Shown: positions 57,870-64,000 of the stretch, piece after piece | Layout: each line of letters opens with the position of its first letter | How positions within the stretch are numbered: the stretch's first letter is position 1 | Position numbers and translations under genes: made by a program | The notes under the pieces: model-generated | The model's input: the letters and a program-made list of their open reading frames with translations, nothing else | The model's database searches: none | Told to the model about the DNA's origin: nothing | Assembly: GCF_009914755.1 (NCBI RefSeq) | Contig: NC_060931.1 | DNA length: 64,000 bases | Reading direction: 5' to 3' (one strand) | Source: the human T2T-CHM13v2.0 reference genome, Homo sapiens

Positions 57870-58930
57870 ATTGAATCCTTCCAAAATTCTTACCAAGGAA
57901 ATAATACAAATTTTATGAAAATGCTCTGTGATTATTTACAGATTACGTGATTGTGCCCATAAAAAATAAAGGAATTTACAAATATCAAAATGAACAGTTG
58001 ATTTTAACAAGGATGTTTAGCAAGATCAGTGTTTGAAAATCAGCTGTATTTCTGTATACCAGAAAGAAATAGAAGTGAATTAAAAACTAGAGTTTCAAAT
58101 AACATCATACAAATCAAATACTTTTGGAAGTAAATCTAACAAAATTGTGAAAAGTCTCCATACTTAAAAAACATGAATCTTTATTGAGAGAAATTAAAGA
58201 AGACCTAAGTAAAAGGAGGGATATATCATGTTCATGATTGAAAGACTCAATAACACAAAGATGTGAGTCTGCTTCAAAGTAATCTATTGATTCAGTACAA
58301 AATTCTAGCCAAAAATCCAATGGTTTTCTGTAGCAATTATCAAACTGATTCTAAAATCCAAATGGTATACAAAAGCTAAAGACTGGCTTGAGAAATATCC
58401 AAGAGGAACAACAAAGCTGGAAAATGTACAAATATTTAGACTCACTCCAAGAGATAGTAATTAGCCCGTTGTGGTTTGGTCCCAAAGAAAGACTGACAAA
58501 TGGAACAGGACAAAGTCAGAAAAGGCCTGTGCATGTAAGACCACCAGCTGTGTGACTAACCTGACATCACAGGACAGTGGGAAAGGAGTAATCTTTCCAG
58601 TGAATTGTGCTAGACCAACTGAATAGCAGTATGGAGATAAAAGAGATCATGATTGCTACCTCACATTTGACAAAAAATCATTTCCAAACAGATTGCTGAT
58701 TTAAATATGAAGGCTAAAACAATAATGCTTTTAGAGGAAAACATAGAACAGCTTTATCACTTTGAGTATGCAAAGGTTAAAAGAACATTAAAAGCACTAA
58801 ACATAAGGAAATAATTTACAAATTGAACTTTTTAAAATTCAGAATCTTTGTTCACCAAACACTATTAAACAAGCACAATATAGCCCACATGTTTTGAGAA
58901 AATATTTGCAATATGTATAATTAACTAATA
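57870..58930 (+). mobile_element. Old L1 ORF2 remnant
   Basis: gagagaaattaaagaagacctaagtaaaaggagggatatatcatgttcatgattgaaagactcaata corresponds to the ORF2 EIKED...IPCSWIGRINI region. Confidence 0.8.
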
Positions 58931-59149
58931 TCTATTTAAATAATACCAACACATCCAAATAAAGCAGAGAGATACAAAAGAGAGAAAAGTATAAGGAGAG
59001 ATTCCCAACTTTCTGTGTACATCAATTACCATTTTCCCAATTCCTCTGGTCAGCAAGATGAGTTTTCTTACTGAGTTTTAGGTAGTGGGCTGCCTTCATT
59101 ATTTCTGTAACATTGCGTTTCCATGACAGGTCCTGTTCTTGGTGCATAT

Positions 59150-62100
59150 ATGAGAGAAAAAATAAAAAAATAGAAAAAAAGAACTTCCTGTTCTGCTGGA
59201 ATTAAATTAGTATTAACCTGACATAGATTGTGATCACTTAAGATGCATTTTGTTATTCCTAGAACAATCACTAAGAAAATTAATAAAGGAATTAAACATG
59301 GCACATGAAAGAATTGTATATCTAATTTTAAAAGGCAGTCAAGGAGGAACAGAGGAACAACTGTCAGGATACTGATAGAAGGCAAGTAAAATTATATACA
59401 TACATGTACTTAACAACAGAGCCCCAAAATACATGAAGTAAAAATTGATAGAATTCAAAGGAGAAATAGAGGCTTAAGTAATTGTAGTTGCAAATTCTGA
59501 TAAACCATTAAATAATTCCTAGAAAATCTAGACAGAAAATGAACAATAATATAGAAGACTTGAATGGCACTAGTGAACTTGATCTGACATATATGTACAA
59601 TATACCACCCATCCACTGAAGAATACTCATTTTTGCCAAGTGCAGGTGGACACTGTCTACAGTTGACCCTATGCTAAGACATAAAACAAGTCTCAATAAA
59701 TTTAAAGGACTTAATCATATAAAGTTTCTTTTTTGAACACAACAGAATTTGAAAGGATTAAATTAGAATCAACAACAGAAGGAAATCTGGGAAATTGGAG
59801 ATTATTTGGAAATTAAACAGCACATTTTAAATAACCCAAGGGCCAATGAAGAAATCTGAGAGATTTTAGAAAATGCTTTGAACTGATTTAATAATGAAAA
59901 CAGAATGCACTATAGATTATTGGATGATGCTAAAGCAGTATTTAGAAGGAAATGTATAGATTTAAAGACCTATCTCTGAAAAGTAGAAAGGCCTCAAATC
60001 AGCAATGTAACCCTCTACCTTAAGGAACTAATAACTGATCAGCTAATTTTACTAAAAGCATGCAGAAGGAACTCAAAAATAGGAGCATAAATCCATTAGA
60101 TAGAAACTAGTAAAGCTTAGGAAAAAGTAAATAAAACCAAGTTAGTTTTTGAAAGCTGGTTCTTAACAGTATTGATAAAATTGACAAAACTTTCACTAAA
60201 CTAACCAAGAAAAAATTAGAGAAGACACAAGTCAGGAATGAAAGAGGGGCATCATTACTAACCCTACAAAAATGAAAATGATTACAAGGCAATACTATGA
60301 ACAACTCTTTGCCAACAAATTAGAATAGTTGTAAGAAATGGACAGATTCCTAGGAAAACACAAATTACCAAAACTGACTCAGTTCATTTCTGAATTGTCC
60401 TAAAACAAATAAAATACAAATTAATAATTAAGAGCTTCCCACAAATAAAAGCTCAAGCCTACATATCTTTACTGGTGAATTCTTTCAAATATTCAAAGAA
60501 AGAAATAATACCAATCTTTTACAAACTCACCCAGGAAATAGAAGCAAAGGAAACACTTCCCTGTTTAGTTTCTGCATTTGTTGTGACCACAATGCTGAAG
60601 GTAGACAAAAACACCCCACAAAAAAGAAAGGTAGAAACAAATTTATTTCATGAACATAAATGGAAATCTCCTTAACAATGAGTTAATATCAGCAATCTGA
60701 ATACAGCACCATATAAAGAATTATACACTTTAACCAAATGCAGTTGATTTCAGTCATGCAAGGTTTGGTTTACTGTCTCAAAAATCAATTAACATAATAC
60801 ATTAATAATGTAAATGATAACAAAAACCACATATGATCTCAACAGATGCAAAGAAGGAATTTGAAAAATCCAACACTCATTTATGATTGAAGCTTTCAAC
60901 AAACTAGGCATAAAAGGGAACTTTCTCAATTTGATAAAGAGTAACTATGAATAATTCACAGCTAAAGCTATTATGAATACTCTCTCAATACTCCTAAAAT
61001 CTAGGAGAAGGTAAGGATATCCATATTGACCACTTTCATCCATCAATGTAGTGGAGGTCTTATATACAGAGAGAAAGAGAAGGCAGGAGAAAAAGAGGAA
61101 GGAAAAGGAAATTAAGAAGTATAACTGCCTTTATTAGAAGATGTTATGCTCCTGTATGTGAAAATACCAAGAATTACACATACACGTGCATACACACACA
61201 TACACATGCACACACATACACATGCATACACATTCACACACACAACTATGGAGGCTAATAAAGATTAATACCAGATACATATACAAAAATATACATTTTT
61301 GTAGTATACAATGGATAATACAAATGAAATTAAGAAAATAATTTCATTTAGAATAGCTTCAAAAAGAATAGATACTTAGAAACACATGTCACAATGCAAA
61401 ATTTGTATACTAAAAGCTGCAAAATATTGCTGAAAGAAATCAAAGGACATATAAATAAATGGAGAGACATTTCATGAGTAGAAGACTCAATGTTGTCAAG
61501 ATGTTAGTTCTTCCCAAATTAAAATATAAATTCAGTACAATTCCTACACAAATCCCAGCATACGTTTTTTGTAGAAATTGACAGTCTGATCCTATAATTC
61601 ATGCAGAATGTAAAGGATAGCCAAAAGAAATTTTTAAAAGAACAAAGTTGGAAAATTTGTACTATCCCACTTTGTAACCTATTAGAAAATCACAATAATC
61701 AAGATACCATGGTATTGGTGCAAAGATAGACGATGGAAAAGAATTGACAGTCCCGAAAGAAATCCAGTATGCAAATCTTTACATATTTATTTTCAACCAA
61801 TGTTGTAAGATACCTCAATCGGGAAAGAATAGTCTTTTCAACAAATGGTGCAGGGACAATTATATATTCACATGCAAAATAAAACTTAGACCCTTACTTT
61901 ACACCGTATACACATTAACTCAAAATGAACCTTAGACCTAAATGTGAGTGTTTAAACTATGTAACTTTTAGATTAAAAAGATAGGAGAACATCTTTATGA
62001 CTATAGGTTGTGTAAATATTTCTTAAAATTAATATCAAAATCATAATCCACAAAAGAAAAAACTAATAAATTGTCATCAAAATGAAAAATTTTTGCATCT

Positions 62101-63390
62101 CAAAACACACAACAAATAAAATGAAAATACAAGCCACAAACTTTGAGAAAACATTTGTAAATCATGTGTCTGATAAAAGACTTGTATCCAGGGTATATAA
62201 ACAACTCACACAACTTGAAAAGAAGACAACCTATTTAAAAATGGGCAAAGGATTGAAAGACAGTTCAGCAAAAGAGACAAACAAATGACAAATAACCAAT
62301 TAAGATGATGCTCAACCTCAACCTGGCTGTGTCCACACCCAAATCTCATCTTGAATTGTATTTCCTATAATCTCCACATGTTGTGGGAGGGAAATAGTGG
62401 AGGTGATTGAATCCTAGGGGTTGATGCTGTTCTTGTGATAGTGAGTTCCCATGAGAGCTGATGGTTTTATAAGAGGCTTTCTCCCCACTTCACTCTGCAC
62501 TTTTCCTTGCTGCCATCATGTGAAGAAGGACATGTTTGTTTCCTCTTCTGCCATGATTGTAAGTTTCCTGAGGCCTCCCCAGCCACACAGAACTGTGAGT
62601 CAATTAAACCTCTTTCCTTTATAAATAACCCAGTCTTAGGATATTTAGCAGTATGAGAACAGTCTAATGCAATACTACTGTACCCCATTAGAATGTTTGT
62701 AATAAAAAGGACAGAAAGTACAGATGTTGGCAAAGATGTGGAGAAAATGGAAAAATATTGTTGGCAGAAATGTCAAGTGGTGCGCCTACTTTGGAAAACA
62801 GTTTGGCAGTTGCTTAAAAAGTTAAAGAAAACTTACCGTATATCCCAGTTATTCCTTCCTGAGATTATATCCCAGCAAAATGAGAACATATTTCCACACA
62901 AAGATATGTATGCAAATGTTCCTAGCAGATTATTATTATTCCTAGAATTATTATTAATGGCCAAAGAGTGGAAATAATGCAAATGTTCATTAACCAGTGA
63001 ATGGATACACAAATGTAGTATATCCATGTACTGAATACTGTTTATCAGTAAAAAGGAATGAACTAATGATACTACAACATGGGTGAACCTCAAATACAGA
63101 AGCTGTTGCAAAAGATTACATATTTTATGCTTCTATTTCTTTGAAATATTTTGTGAAGGCAAATTTATATAGGAAGAAAATTGATCAGTGGTAGCCAAGA
63201 GCTATAATCAGAGTGGAGATTAGTCGCAAATCATCATGAGGGAATTTATTGAGGTGATGGTATGTTTATTAATTGAGTTGTTAGGTGGATACACAATTAA
63301 TTAAATTCACTAAAATTCATTAAATTGTACACTTACACTGGGTGAGTTTTATGGTATGTAAAATATTCCTGAATAAACCTTCTAAAAATC
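59150..63390 (+). mobile_element. Old L1 (L1MB/MC-like) ORF2 and 3' end, sense to VWC2, interrupted by a THE1 LTR
   Basis: Decayed ORF2 motifs ([35 protein letters not shown]). 3' end gtgagttttatggtatgtaaaatattcctgaataaa at about 63342-63377. Confidence 0.88.
62324..62671 (+). mobile_element. THE1 (THE1D-like) MaLR solo LTR
   Basis: tggctgtgtccacacccaaatctcatcttgaattgta...gccatgattgtaagtttcctgaggcctccccagcc...gtcaattaaacctctttcctttataaa. Confidence 0.9.
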
Positions 63391-63595
63391 TTGACCCTCT
63401 TAACAAAGATAGGCAAAGTGAAATTTTTGTAATTTCCTTTGACTCACTCCCAAGGCTAATCTTGATACACATCCTTTATCTTTCCCCAGAGACTGACTTT
63501 TCTAATCCTGGTCTGATGTCTTTAATAGCTTTATGAAATCTTCCTTCTTAAGCCTACTGAAGCTGAGACCCTTATAAGTATATATTATTTGCCAG

Positions 63596-63992
63596 TGTTA
63601 AAATAGAAACTTTAGACAAATTAAACTTAAGAGTTTATTTGAACAAAGGATTCATGAGTCAGGCAACACTCAGAAGCAGAAGAGGTTCAGAAAGTTCCAC
63701 CCAGCAGTGTGAGCAGTGAGCTTCTATAGCCTGAACACAGAAGCAAAGTGGAGAAGTCACCTGGTTTGCTACAGCCTGACATCTGCCATATTTGGGTGTG
63801 GTGTGATGAGGCATTTCCCTTATTTGGGCATAGTCTGATCAGTTGGCTGCCTGTAATTGCTTGAAGCTCAGCTGTTTGTGATTGGCTGAAGCCCAGATAT
63901 TGTTATGAAAAGATACTCCTAAATTATATTTTGGTTTGTTAGGTAGAAAGTCAAAATAAGAAGGTTGCCAATAGCCTCCTACTTATTTAATA
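63596..63992 (-). mobile_element. ERV1-class (MER31/MER67-like) LTR
   Basis: tgtta...aaactttagacaaattaaacttaagagtttatttgaac and tgatcagttggctgcctgtaattg...gtgattggctga resemble antisense MER4-group LTRs. Subfamily uncertain. Confidence 0.65.
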
Positions 63993-64000
63993 CCTGTTAG

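Overview
This is primate (human-like) genomic DNA containing the 5' part of VWC2 (Brorin), a secreted neural BMP antagonist with two VWC domains, on the + strand. A CpG island spans about 24.4-27.2 kb. Non-coding exon 1 ends at 25170, coding exon 2 is 26390-27188 (ATG at 26493) and coding exon 3 is 53765-53894. The final exon lies beyond the window. The rest is intergenic or intronic and repeat-rich: nine Alu/FLAM elements (all on +), old L1 remnants, LTRs, DNA transposon relics, MIR/L2 fragments and large low-complexity tracts. Repeat subfamily names come from my recollection of consensus sequences, not a RepeatMasker run, and most repeat boundaries are approximate. I see no evidence of a new protein-coding gene or a clearly new biological system. 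Three things deserve follow-up. (1) The spliced 5' leader is crowded with uORFs; one is in frame with the CDS and separated from it only by TAG-GGG, and a tandem 5' splice site 4 nt away would rewire the uORF frames. (2) Several patchwork duplications with snap-back hairpins look like templated-insertion DNA repair scars, the clearest being a 190-bp copy inserted about 1 kb from its source. (3) A possible intronic-polyadenylation isoform would retain both VWC domains.
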